Assembly: GCF_006345805.1 (NCBI RefSeq)
Contig: NC_043021.1
Coordinates: 22,692,001 to 22,756,000, forward strand
DNA: 64,000 nt
Direction of reading: 5' to 3'
Source of the DNA: Octopus sinensis
Lineage: Eukaryota
Positions 53,136 through 64,000 of this stretch are shown in pieces. Within the stretch, counting starts at the first letter, position 1. Every line of letters starts with the position of its first letter. Both the position numbers and the translations under genes were made by a program. The notes beneath the pieces are model-generated. The model saw only the letters and a program-made list of their open reading frames with translations, was not told the DNA's origin and did not search any database.

Positions 53136-53905
53136 TCATTTAAAATATTTTAAAGTCTTCAATTTAGCGTGGACACAAACTTGACCTAGTTCGATATGGT
53201 TATTCAATAAGTTTCTATGTTTACTATGCTTTAGAATTTCGTACGTCTCCATGGAGCATAGTTGACAACCAACCCTACTATTTTTATACGGAATTGCTCT
53301 CCTAACTATTTCCCAATTAAGGGTATAATTTTTGTTATTATTTTTGAGTTCCCAGATTTTGTTTGAAAGTGTGGTGGTACCAGCTTTATGACGTAATTTA
53401 AAAGTCGAGATGTGATTTCTAACTCTGGCTAAAAAATTAATTGTACAGCCAATGTAAAAATATTTGTTATTTCTCCGTGGATATGGTACATTTATAGATT
53501 ACATTATTTTCCCTACATAGACCAGGTGCCGGGCATTTTGATTTTATTCTACACTTACACACAGGAGGAACAACTTCAGGCCTTGGATTATTCCTGGGTA
53601 GATGTTTAAGGTTCCTATTATTTTGATTATCATTTCTATAGTTGGTACTGATATCTAAAGTATTGTTATTATTTATTGATCCTTCCGTTTCATCATTTAG
53701 GTGTAAAGTCCTACCAAGATTTCTTATATTATTCGTAATGTTATTATTATTGTTAGTCTTTTTATCCAACTGTATATTATTGTTATAGATATCACTGATA
53801 TTTTCATTCTCCTTATTTTCTCCATTAGCCTTATTTCTATTATTTCTATTATTAACAATATTACTTCTATTAATATCGGCATTGTTATTATTACTATTAA
53901 TGTTA
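53136..53905 (-). pseudogene. PLE ORF C-terminus: Asn-rich linker, Cys motif and GIY-YIG endonuclease (one frameshift)
   Basis: ...CKCRIKSKCPAPGLCRENNVIYKCTIST / NKYFYIGCTINFLARVRNHISTF...TTLSNKIWELK...WEIVRRAIPY...CQLCSMETYEI...LLN* with stop at 53138-53136; frameshift near 53465. Confidence 0.9.
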
Positions 53906-53975
53906 ATGTTTAATTATCTACATTACTTCATGAGTATAGCCTCAAACACTAGGATGTCTAGAGAACTTACATGTA

Positions 53976-54066
53976 TTTTAGCTGATGAGTACGGGACTCG
54001 TTTATATGCTGTAATCTTTGCAACTTTTAATAAAACCTGTCCTTGTATGAAACGATCGTACTAAAA
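53976..54066 (+). ncRNA. Type I hammerhead ribozyme motif (in the inverted pseudo-LTR)
   Basis: Same motif as 51634-51723 on the opposite strand. CTGATGA 53982-53988, GAAA 54049-54052, CGATCG 54053-54058; predicted cleavage after A54060. Confidence 0.85.
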
Positions 54067-55179
54067 ACCTATCCATTCTTGTTGCTTCTTTCTCGCTTAT
54101 AATCACCCCACATTACTGTATTGTTAAATCAGTATGGTTTTTTTTGGTGCATCTAAGTTAGGTACCATATTCAAGTAAATTTTTTAAATTAACTTGAATC
54201 TTTATTGCTCTTTGTATATATATATATATATATATATAAATACATACATATATACACACACACACATAGATGAAAACGACATTCCCGTATTTCCCCGTTT
54301 CGTTCCCTCTCATCAGACAAAATACTCAACATAGGTCTCGATTTGATCTGGCAGTTAAAGACAATAGATGTAGTGCGGGAATCGTTTAATTTCTTGCGTG
54401 GTGGATTTACGTTTCGTCAATTCTTTAATAGCATCACGGAGATCAGTAAAAGCAACACAAATAACAACAATAAAAACGACTTATCTAACTCTAGATTTCT
54501 GCTACATTGCCAACATAGAATTGTCAAAAGCAGCAAATCATAGAAGTCAAATATAGATAAAAGTACAGTATTTCTATTTCGAAATGAAGGATATATTTTA
54601 TTAGAAGAAATTTAAAAAAAGCATGGTGGTGTATAAAAGCGCAAGATCACTTTCAGTTCAAAAAAGGCTGACATGATGTTCGACAATAGTAAGAAAAAAC
54701 CGAACGCAAGAACAGTTAGAATAACATTGCGAAGTAGCTGCTTTCTGCTAAAACGAATCAGAAATCAATAAACATAGAAATGGTTGGTTCACGTTAATTT
54801 TTGACATGGTTTAAATCTTATTAAAGAAAATACATTTTCTTGTCATATTTAGAATCTCTGTAAGATTATTTCGCTCTACAGAAACGAAATCCTTTCTATT
54901 AGATTAATAAGGAATCAAAGTCAGACGAATTCAAGGAGATCATACGCGGTTTAATTGATTTATTTATTTATATTTTATATATTATTATTATGATTTTTTT
55001 TTTTCGAAACAGAACCTACAGTAATTACTTTCATGACGTCATAGTCAATGAAAAGAAAAAGTAAACAGGTCGTTACTGTTGCAAGGCTAATTAACTTTTG
55101 AATCAGCATTCGCACTCTATTACACGAATTTCATTTTCTAGAAGTGCAGTATATGTATATATGTGTTTGTGTGTGTGTG

Positions 55180-55199
55180 TCCGTATATATATATGTATG

Positions 55200-55243
<44 letters not shown>

Positions 55244-55857
55244 GCCTGTATGTATATATATATTATATATATATATGTATGCCTGTATGTATATATATAT
55301 ATATATATATATATGTATGCCTGTATGTATATATATATATATATATGTATGCTGTATATATATATATATATATGTATGCCTGTATATTATATATATATGT
55401 ATGCCTGTAATATATATATATATATGATGCCTGTATATATATATATATATGTATGCCTGTATATATATATATATATATATTATGTATGCCTGTATATATT
55501 ATATATATATATATATGTATGCCTGTATATATATATATATGTATGCCTGTATATATATATATATGTATGCCTGTATATATATATATATGTATGCCTGTAT
55601 ATATATATATATATATATATATGTATGCCTTATATATATATATATATATATGTATGCCTGTATATAATATATATATATATGTATGCCTGTATATATATAT
55701 ATATATATGTATGCCTGTATATATATATATATATATGTATGCCTGTATATATTATATATGCCTGTTATATATATATATATATATATATTATATATGTATG
55801 CCTGTTATATATATATATATATAGATATATATATATATATATATATATGTATGCCTG

Positions 55858-55898
<41 letters not shown>

Positions 55899-56008
55899 TG
55901 TATAATATATATATATATATAGATATATATATGGCTGTGTAAATATATGTATGTTGTATATATATATATATCAAAGTATCAAAGTAGTATTATATATATA
56001 TTATATGC

Positions 56009-56050
<42 letters not shown>

Positions 56051-56286
56051 ATCAAAGTATCAAAGTAGTATATATATATATATATATGCCTGTATATATA
56101 TATAATATATAATATATATCAAAGTATCAAGTAGTATATATATATTATATATATGCCTGTATATATATATATATATATATATCAAAGTATCAAAGTAGTA
56201 TATATATATATATATATGCCTGTATATATATATATATATATATATTATCAAAGTATCAAAGTAGTATATATATATTATATATATGC

Positions 56287-56329
<43 letters not shown>

Positions 56330-56334
56330 GCCTG

Positions 56335-56419
<85 letters not shown>

Positions 56420-56437
56420 TGTATATATATATATATA

Positions 56438-56473
<36 letters not shown>

Positions 56474-56640
56474 CCTTATATATATATATATGCCTGTATA
56501 TATATATATATATATATATGCTGTATATATATATATATATATGTATGCCTGTATGTATATATATGTATCCCTGCTTATATATATATATAATATGTATGTA
56601 TCCCTGCTTATATATATATTATATATGTATGCCTGTTATA
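55180..56640. repeat. Satellite of 'atgcctgt' + (TA)n units, with an 'atcaaagtatcaaagtag' sub-array
   Basis: Dozens of atgcctgtatata units; five atcaaagtatcaa(a)gtag units between ~55970 and ~56265. Confidence 0.95.
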
Positions 56641-56837
56641 TATATATATATGTATGTATGTATGCTTGTCTGTCTGTATAGATATATATATGGCTGTGTA
56701 AATATATGTATGTTGTATATATATATACACTCACAATTGTACGTGAAAAAAAAAATATATATATATTATATATATATATATATATATGTATATATGTGTG
56801 TGTGTGTGTGTATGCGTAAGAGTATATATTTACGCAC

Positions 56838-56877
<40 letters not shown>

Positions 56878-57050
56878 GTGCACACATATAGTGTATTGGA
56901 AAATTAATGTTTCACGAACATCACACGAAGATTAATTTTCAACAAATAAGTAATTAACGCTTGTGACTTGGAAGAAAGTGTCATGATGTCTCGGACATTA
57001 GACCTTCATCAAAAAAGAAAAGCGAAGCATGAGAAAGATTGCGAAGAGCG

Positions 57051-57118
<68 letters not shown>

Positions 57119-57361
57119 AGCAGAGTGATGGAAAGAGAGAGACAGAGTGAAGCAAAAGTAGCGTGTGTATAATAGAAAATTAACGAAATTACAAATTAAT
57201 AATATATAATCAACAGACCAGTAACAGTATAATAATGTTTCATAAAATATTTGAAGAAAAAGAAGAAAGGAGTTGGGAAGAATTTGTTTAGAAACATATT
57301 TGTTTTATTTACTTACTGTTTGGTTACGTAAGTGACGCAACGTCCAACTATATATATTTAT

Positions 57362-57950
57362 ACAAGAAAAAAGCAACAAAAATGGATCGATATTTCGGTA
57401 CAATTGTTTCGTACGAAGACACCTTTATTAAGGCTGCAAATATTGCAGCAAATACACGTGGCCCGTACTCATCAACCGAAAAAAACATCTGAGTTCTCAA
57501 AACATCTAAGGGGGTGAGGCTACACTCATGAAACATTCGGGACAGTTCTATAAAAATCAGATTTAGATAATAAACGGACATCCAAAGTTCTCTAATGTTG
57601 CATATTCAAATAACAGACTTTAAAAAAAAGTATTTAAAAAAAAAAACCTCTTAGTTTCACAGAAATTGAAAATGTAACTCCATCCATAATAATGAAGAAT
57701 GTTTGAATTCTGGAGATATGAGAAGAGATTTCATACTCACAGACGGTGTATTTATCCATAATTAGTTCATAATAAAGTGGGTTTCATGATGTATGAAGAT
57801 ATTCTGGTTGCATTTCTGATCATTTTCCTTGCTTATAATTAGCCCACGTTATCTTATGGTTAATACCATATAGATTTCTGGTGCATCTAATTTAAGTACC
57901 TATATTCATGTGAATTCAACAGAACTCACTTGAATCTTAATTACTTTTAC
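57362..57950 (-). mobile_element. Diverged non-coding relative of the 51604-54215 PLE
   Basis: 57362-57770 aligns with 51604-51960 in the same orientation. 57820-57950 aligns with 54090-54215 ('gcttataat...ggtgcatctaa...acttgaatctt'). Confidence 0.75.
57393..57481 (-). ncRNA. Type I hammerhead ribozyme motif, diverged, C3U variant
   Basis: tttcgg TTGATGA gtacggg...cttcgtac GAAA caattg TA ccgaaa: helices I and III are preserved by compensatory substitutions. Confidence 0.75.
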
Positions 57951-57954
57951 TATA

Positions 57955-57992
<38 letters not shown>

Positions 57993-57994
<2 letters not shown>

Positions 57995-59231
57995 AAGAAA
58001 TTAATTTCGGTTTCTAGTATGAAATAAATGCCATGTTTATTATAGAAAAAATGAACTTTAATCAAAACTATTCTTTTTTATTTTGCTTGATGACATTTTG
58101 CTATATTTCTGGCAACAAAATGATTCTGTGCTCATAGAACTTGTCGTTCTTATCAGCCCTAACATGAAGCAGGTGTAATTTCAGGTCATCACCATTATTG
58201 TAAGTTTTACTATTTACAGAATTTTGCAAACTTCGAAATAAATAGTAATCTCTAAAGGTGGAAAGTCAGGGCTAATATGTTGGATGTGACATCACTTCCC
58301 AACCAAGGTCCAATAACTGTTTGCGAGTTAACAAAGACGTGTATGGTCTAGCGTTGTCATGGTAGAAGATCATCGCTTTACAATTTCCCATTTCCTGCAG
58401 TTTTTCTTCCATTTTCATTAGTTTTATAATATTAAACATCTGAATTGATCTTTTGGCTCATTGGAACCAGCTCAAAATAAACAACACCTTGGTAATCCCA
58501 CCAAACTGACAGCGTGATCTTTTTTGGATGCAATTCAGCTTTCGGTGTGGATTGTGTAAGCTCATGACGCTTGGACCGTGATCGTTTACAATTTATGTTA
58601 TTGTAGTCAATCCATATTTCATCAACAGCGATGATTTGCTTCAAAAAACGGTCGATCTCATTGCATTTCAGATGCATATTGCAAATATTGATCCGTTGTA
58701 TTAAGTGAATTCAATTGATGTCGAACCCAAATAACGAGATTCTTAATGAGTCCAAGTCATCTTAAGCGATATTCCATAGCTGTAATACCTTAAACGTCTC
58801 TCCAATCTCTGGCACAGCTATATGACAATTTGATTCATTTATAGATATGATTCGGCCATCATCAATTTCAGTAGGTCGAACAAAATGTTGCTCATCTCCG
58901 AATGAAAAATCTCCAGAGGGAAATATTTTAAATCATTTCAGATATGTGCTTTCTATAAAGAAATCAGCACCATAAACTTGATATCACTCTCTTCTGAGCC
59001 TCTGCAACTTTTTGGTCTTTACGGAAACAAAAACGGCAAAATATGGCGAAAAAGATCGTTTTTGTAGTTTGTATTGAACTTGTCGCTGATCCAACAGCTG
59101 TAAAAAAAGTACAAGCAATTTTCTTCTCAAGCTAAAAGTAACGGCTATCAAATTCCAAAAGAAAACAATGACATTGATAGAAGTTATTTAAAGAATTGTA
59201 ACTATTTTCGAAAATGAAATTACTTTCATGC

Positions 59232-59234
<3 letters not shown>
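57993..59234 (-). pseudogene. Near full-length decayed mariner element (~1.24 kb)
   Basis: Minus strand IIAVDEIWIDY...ELHPKKITLSVWWDYQGVVYFEL, HDNARP, YYLFRSL with many stops. Imperfect TIRs 'ccaagaaattaatttcggtttc' / 'gaaaatgaaattactttcatgccaa'; (TA)n on both flanks. Confidence 0.9.
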
Positions 59235-59270
<36 letters not shown>

Positions 59271-59272
<2 letters not shown>

Positions 59273-59430
59273 TGTGACTGACCACGCTATCAGATGTTGC
59301 TACACATCGCTGGTCCAAATGCGCTTCGCATTATTTTAGCCTTTCACTGATGCCACTCCGCTGGCTAAGCGAGCAGGCCAACAGAAGAAAGAGTGAGTAA
59401 AAGCTGTGGCGAATGAGTACTGCACGGATC
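59271..59430 (-). mobile_element. SINE family B1 3' part
   Basis: Reverse complement of tail 1 ('atcagatgttgctacacatcgctgg...gctaagcgagcaggccaacagaagaaagagtgag'). Confidence 0.85.
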
Positions 59431-59535
59431 GAAATCGAAAAAATCGAAACTAAGACCATACGAGAGAGCGTTGAAAGCATTTAAATATTAGGCAACGTCC
59501 ATTCAGTAACACTGTCATTATTCATATATTAAATA

Positions 59536-59705
59536 GGTTAGCGAGATGGTACACCTGTTAGCGTGCCGGACAAATTGCTTAATATCTTTTTCACCTTTTA
59601 TGATTTCGGTGTCGATAAAATAGGTACTAATTGAGCAACGGGACTGATGCTATCAAGTATTTCTTCCCATAATATTTACGGCATTGTACCAATATTTGAA
59701 AAAAA
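59536..59705 (+). mobile_element. SINE family A variant, old and internally deleted
   Basis: 'gttagcgtgccggacaaattgctt...ttcggtgtcgataaaataggtac' with the alternative tail. Confidence 0.55.
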
Positions 59706-60180
59706 TATTTATATAATTCTAGATATTGTGTGTATTCTTAGCAGCTAAGTGTCGATATTTATTTTGTTTTGGTAAGTTATACTATATTACTTGGTTTTGC
59801 AGATAATATAGCGTCTTGTGATAAACCTCGGACAAAACACTCAAGGAAATTGTATGGAAATAAAAAAGAAAGAACATTGGTTATTCTCTTATACTTTATC
59901 GATCTCATCTTATGAAAGATACCTTAACAGTTGCCAGATTACAATTCAGGTCAAAGATTTCAAATAAATGTCCGAATCCACTTTATCGGGGACCCCTAAT
60001 AACTGCTTATTTTGCTGCTACAGCTCTTAATATTTAGTCTACAGCAAATATTTCAAAGAATGAGTTCGAAAATAATTCTCTTGAAGTATAACAGTTTTGA
60101 TATGTATATTTTATTAAATGCAGGTTTATACGAATAGTAACTGCTGGTTTTAATCTTATTCTTTATCTCCATCGTATCAG

Positions 60181-60293
60181 AGATTGAATGGATCTTTGAT
60201 GAAATGCATTCCAGCCATGACCACCTAATGGTTAATTTACTTCTGGGACAACCAAAAAACATTGGCGAATGTGTTCTGCTGTCATTCACAAAA
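60181..60293 (+). CDS. Candidate internal exon (phase 1 to 0)
   Basis: Acceptor ctttatctccatcgtatcag, donor aaa|gtatgt; IEWIFDEMHSSHDHLMVNLLLGQPKNIGECVLLSFTK. Confidence 0.4.
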
Positions 60294-61189
60294 GTATGTT
60301 TTCATCTCTACCTGTAGAAGATCCGGCAACAACATAGCGGCTTTGTTCTGTGTTTGACCTGATCAAGATTATACCTCATTGAATGTATTGCAGGCGTGTT
60401 CAACCCTCAATATTGTGTAGATCAAGCAAAGGACTATAATATATATGTGTGTGTGTGTGTGTTCGTCCATTTAAAGCGAACTTGAGATTAACGGATTCAC
60501 AGTTGCTGTTTCTAGCAGCTTGAACGACCACTTACTGCCTCCCTCATTGTATCGTATAAAAACCAATAAACTCGATAGGCGCTGTTTATCCTTTGATCTC
60601 CTATAACCCACATAATATCCGATTGATACAATAATACGCATATTCTTCTCGTTACTGATTATATATTTCATATCCCTTATATTATACTCAACTAGCAATC
60701 CAATAACTTCAAGATATCTTATACAGAATCCACATCCTTCTCTAAACATCGCCTAAGATCCAAACCGTTGTTGTGTATTTCCCTATAAAACTAATCCTAA
60801 AATATTACATAATACATAAATGCTATCTGTTATATCATATCATATATATAATATCCGATTGACACAGAAATATAACTTTTCATCTCGTTATCTTACCTGT
60901 GTTTCATGTATTGCACAATATATCCGTCCATGTATATCTATTCCGTAGAACTTCTTTCTCCAAGCAGTACATATTTTGTACATCGTTATCCCTTCATGCT
61001 ATTTCTCTCAATCCTAAAACATTATATCATAAATGATATCTGTAATAATGTTACATTATTTAATATCGAAAGAATATATTGCACCCACCCACCCACATAC
61101 ATAGATGTATGCGTGTGTATTTGCGCAAGCATATAAAGATACATACACCAGTATACAAATGTAAATATATACATACCCATATATATATT

Positions 61190-61245
<56 letters not shown>

Positions 61246-61962
61246 CACATATAAATATCATATCTATATACATAAATAAAGATATATATACGTATATTTA
61301 TATATATACATAAATATATATATATACATAAATATATATATATATACATATATCTATATATACATATATCTATATATACATAAATGTATATATATATATA
61401 CATATATCTATATAGATATTTATGTGTAGATATATACATACATGCATGCATACACACATACATACATACATACACACACATCATATATATATATATCTTA
61501 CACACATCCGGAGGTACAACATATAATGTCTGCTAAGCTTTGAGGTAACCCGAAGAACTAATCATTGTGTTGGTTTCATGGCCAAACGCAGATTAGGGAT
61601 CAATATATTCCACTGCACAGGACTGCAGGTTATTGCCTCAAACATGCTACAGCTATAATAAAATCCATGCAGTGGCAATAAATAAGTAAATATAAATAAA
61701 TCCAGCATTTTCCATTAGATTTCATCTCTCGTGTTAGGTAAAACAAAGGTACATCACCTCTTGTTTCCCAGTTTTATTCAAATCTATAAAAGCAACACCG
61801 CGTTGAATGATATGTTGCATAAATTGCACTGAAAGAAAATAAGTATTAGGACCTAGTCTGGAGTCAATACATGTTGTTACATGTTGAATTTACTTCGATA
61901 CAGCCTGGTTATTATTTTACTTGTTGTCAACTGAGAATTTTGATTTGTTTTCTATATCGCAG

Positions 61963-62129
61963 CTTCGGCACTAAAGGCAAGGGAAACAAATGAAAGAGGA
62001 ACTCTAAAGCCCAAGCAACGTGCAAGGAAGACAAGAGTAGACGAAAAACGAAATGCTTTGATGGCATCCGTAGACTCTGAATTTCCAGCTGGATTTCGAA
62101 TTTGGGTCTGTGAAGACCCTAGGGAAGAG
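61963..62129 (+). CDS. Candidate internal exon (phase 1 to 0)
   Basis: Acceptor ttgttttctatatcgcag, possible donor gag|gtgttc; SALKARETNERGTLKPKQRARKTRVDEKRNALMASVDSEFPAGFRIWVCEDPREE. GC is higher than in the flanks. Confidence 0.35.
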
Positions 62130-63544
62130 GTGTTCGAGGACCCCACCCTAACGAGGTTTACATAAATAGTTGGTACAGGTACTGAAGATGTATGAAATGA
62201 TGGGATCGGTTCACACGTAGCTGTCTGCCGGATTAGGCTTATGGATTACAAACGACATACATATTTAGCGCTTACTGCGAAACCGTGTTTAACAAAATTC
62301 TTTGAGAGAAAAATCGAGTCGTAGACACGACAGAGCTCTGGAACTCGGAAGCGAACTGATGAGCCTTCCGTTTCCAAAGCTAGACGGCTTTTAATTTAAA
62401 GTATGCAAACCTAAATACTTCCAACTGGGAATCGAAACCAGGACATGGAGCAATCACACAGGACGTCTCTATCTCCACTGCTGTCCTTTCTAATTAGGTT
62501 TATATCTGTCGATTGCCTAATCTAATTAATCTAATGCACCTAGTGACATCAATCCTGATTTCTGTTTTCCATCGCTTCTCAAATATTTAATGTCGATCTG
62601 GGAATTGTCGTAAAGTGAAGTTTTAAAAGCAACCAACTTTTAAGATCCCATTTAACTTAACTTAAAGAGCATAAATAATTAAAGAAACTTCAAGAAAATA
62701 AACACGAAATGTTCTGTTTGTTATTGTGAGTTCTTTGTTCTTTGGTCAGATTTTACTGGTATATATAAATTTTTCTTTTATTGGGCTGCTTCTTATGTTT
62801 ATATTCTTCTTCCATTGAAAAATACCACGAGGGAGATTGATCTGCTCGTTGTGATTAGATTTGATAAGTGATTAGAAGTATTCTCTGAAGATCTCAGATG
62901 TGGCATAAAGGATGAGAAGAGAAATTAAAAGCACGAAGGAGGAGGAGATGGAGATCTAGAGAAGAAAGAGCGCAATGTAGTATAAGATGAAGGAGATTGA
63001 GAATAATAATGAGTAGAATTAAACGAAAGAGAGAACAAGACAAAGAAGAATTAGACGAATTTGAGTAAAAGAATGAGAAGACGAAGAAAGTAAATGAAAA
63101 GAGGAAAATGAATTGGAAGGAGAAAAGTGAGATGAAAAATTAAAATGAACGCAAAAAAACTAAGATAAAAAAGAATAAAATGAAAGACGATGAAGAGGAA
63201 GGTGATGCGAAAAGAGATGAAGGGAAATGAAATTGGTATGGCAAAGAAAATTAACAGAAACACCAGCAACAGAGAAACAAAAAAAGAAAAAAGAGATTAG
63301 CAACAACTAATCAACAACGGAAACAACAATAACAGCAACAAAAAAGAAATATTTAAACAAAGTTAATTGATTGAAAGAATGTATTTAAAAGTCAGAATTG
63401 TTTCCACAAGAGACTAATATTTTGTGAAGTTTTCTTTAAAACAAATAAGTCTAGCACCTTTAGACAAACTAAATTTCTTACACATATATACTACTATAAA
63501 TGCCTAAACGCTCTTGCACAAACAAACACAAAAGCACTTTATAT

Positions 63545-63611
63545 GTACACAAATATGAGCATATATATATATATATACACACATACATGCACAAATATGA
63601 GCATATATATA

Positions 63612-63650
<39 letters not shown>

Positions 63651-63664
63651 CTCATTTGTATGTG

Positions 63665-63706
<42 letters not shown>

Positions 63707-63725
63707 CTCATTTGTATGTGTATAA

Positions 63726-63758
<33 letters not shown>

Positions 63759-63830
63759 ATATCAGCTCATTTGTATGTGTATAATATATATATATATAAT
63801 ATATATATATATATATTATATATATATATA
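63545..63830. repeat. Short tandem units ('acaaatatgagc' x2, 'atcagctcatttgtatgtgtata' x3) embedded in (TA)n
   Basis: Direct repeats visible in the sequence. Confidence 0.9.
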
Positions 63831-64000
63831 TGTGTGTGTGTGTGGAACTGTGTGCTTGAAAGTGTGTATGGGTGAGAGAGAAGGTCTGAAATGCAAGGAT
63901 GAGGTGGGGACGAAGTGAGACATGCATACCTACATCAACTATAAAAATATTGATCAATGAAAGACTCAACGCGATTGCGGTGATAAGGTATTGATGACGT

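Larger units (their letters stand above)
51604..54215 (-). mobile_element. 5'-truncated Penelope-like element with inverted pseudo-LTR
   Basis: Contains a GIY-YIG ORF end (-). 51604-51792 is the reverse complement of 53907-54096 with a single 1-bp indel. Both ends abut (TA)n. Confidence 0.85.

Noticed and set aside
54270-54322. Minus-strand CTGATGAG...CGAAAC...GTC hammerhead-like string next to the PLE
   Set aside because: No helix I or helix III pairing. It is the complement of a pyrimidine tract that looks like a splice acceptor.
55098-56907. Many Y/I/M/C/V-rich ORFs (also near 4.4, 8.5, 12.4, 13.3, 22, 27.4, 28.8, 42.8, 45-46, 61 and 63.5 kb)
   Set aside because: Translations of (TA)n, (CA)n and (TG)n microsatellites.

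Overview
Eukaryotic, AT-rich, repeat-dominated non-coding DNA. The SINE families and the density of (TA)n/(CA)n/(GA)n microsatellites suggest an octopod cephalopod (inference; no database search was possible). No complete host gene is recognisable, and almost all ORFs in the supplied track are microsatellite artefacts. Supported content: (i) many tRNA-headed SINEs, labelled here A-D, with interchangeable heads and tails; (ii) 5'-truncated RTE and CR1-like LINE ends; (iii) Penelope-like element (PLE) remnants, one RT fragment and one GIY-YIG fragment; (iv) decayed mariner and Tigger transposases, a long-TIR mariner derivative, two TTAA-flanked MITEs and two Helitron-type elements; (v) minisatellites and one 100-N gap; (vi) several low-confidence + strand exon candidates of an unidentified gene. 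The strongest finding is three type I hammerhead-ribozyme motifs (51634-51723 -, 53976-54066 +, 57393-57481 -) in a PLE family with inverted terminal duplications. The diverged copy shows compensatory changes in helices I and III, and all three have an unusually long domain II. Coordinates were counted by hand; ends of degenerate repeats are approximate.
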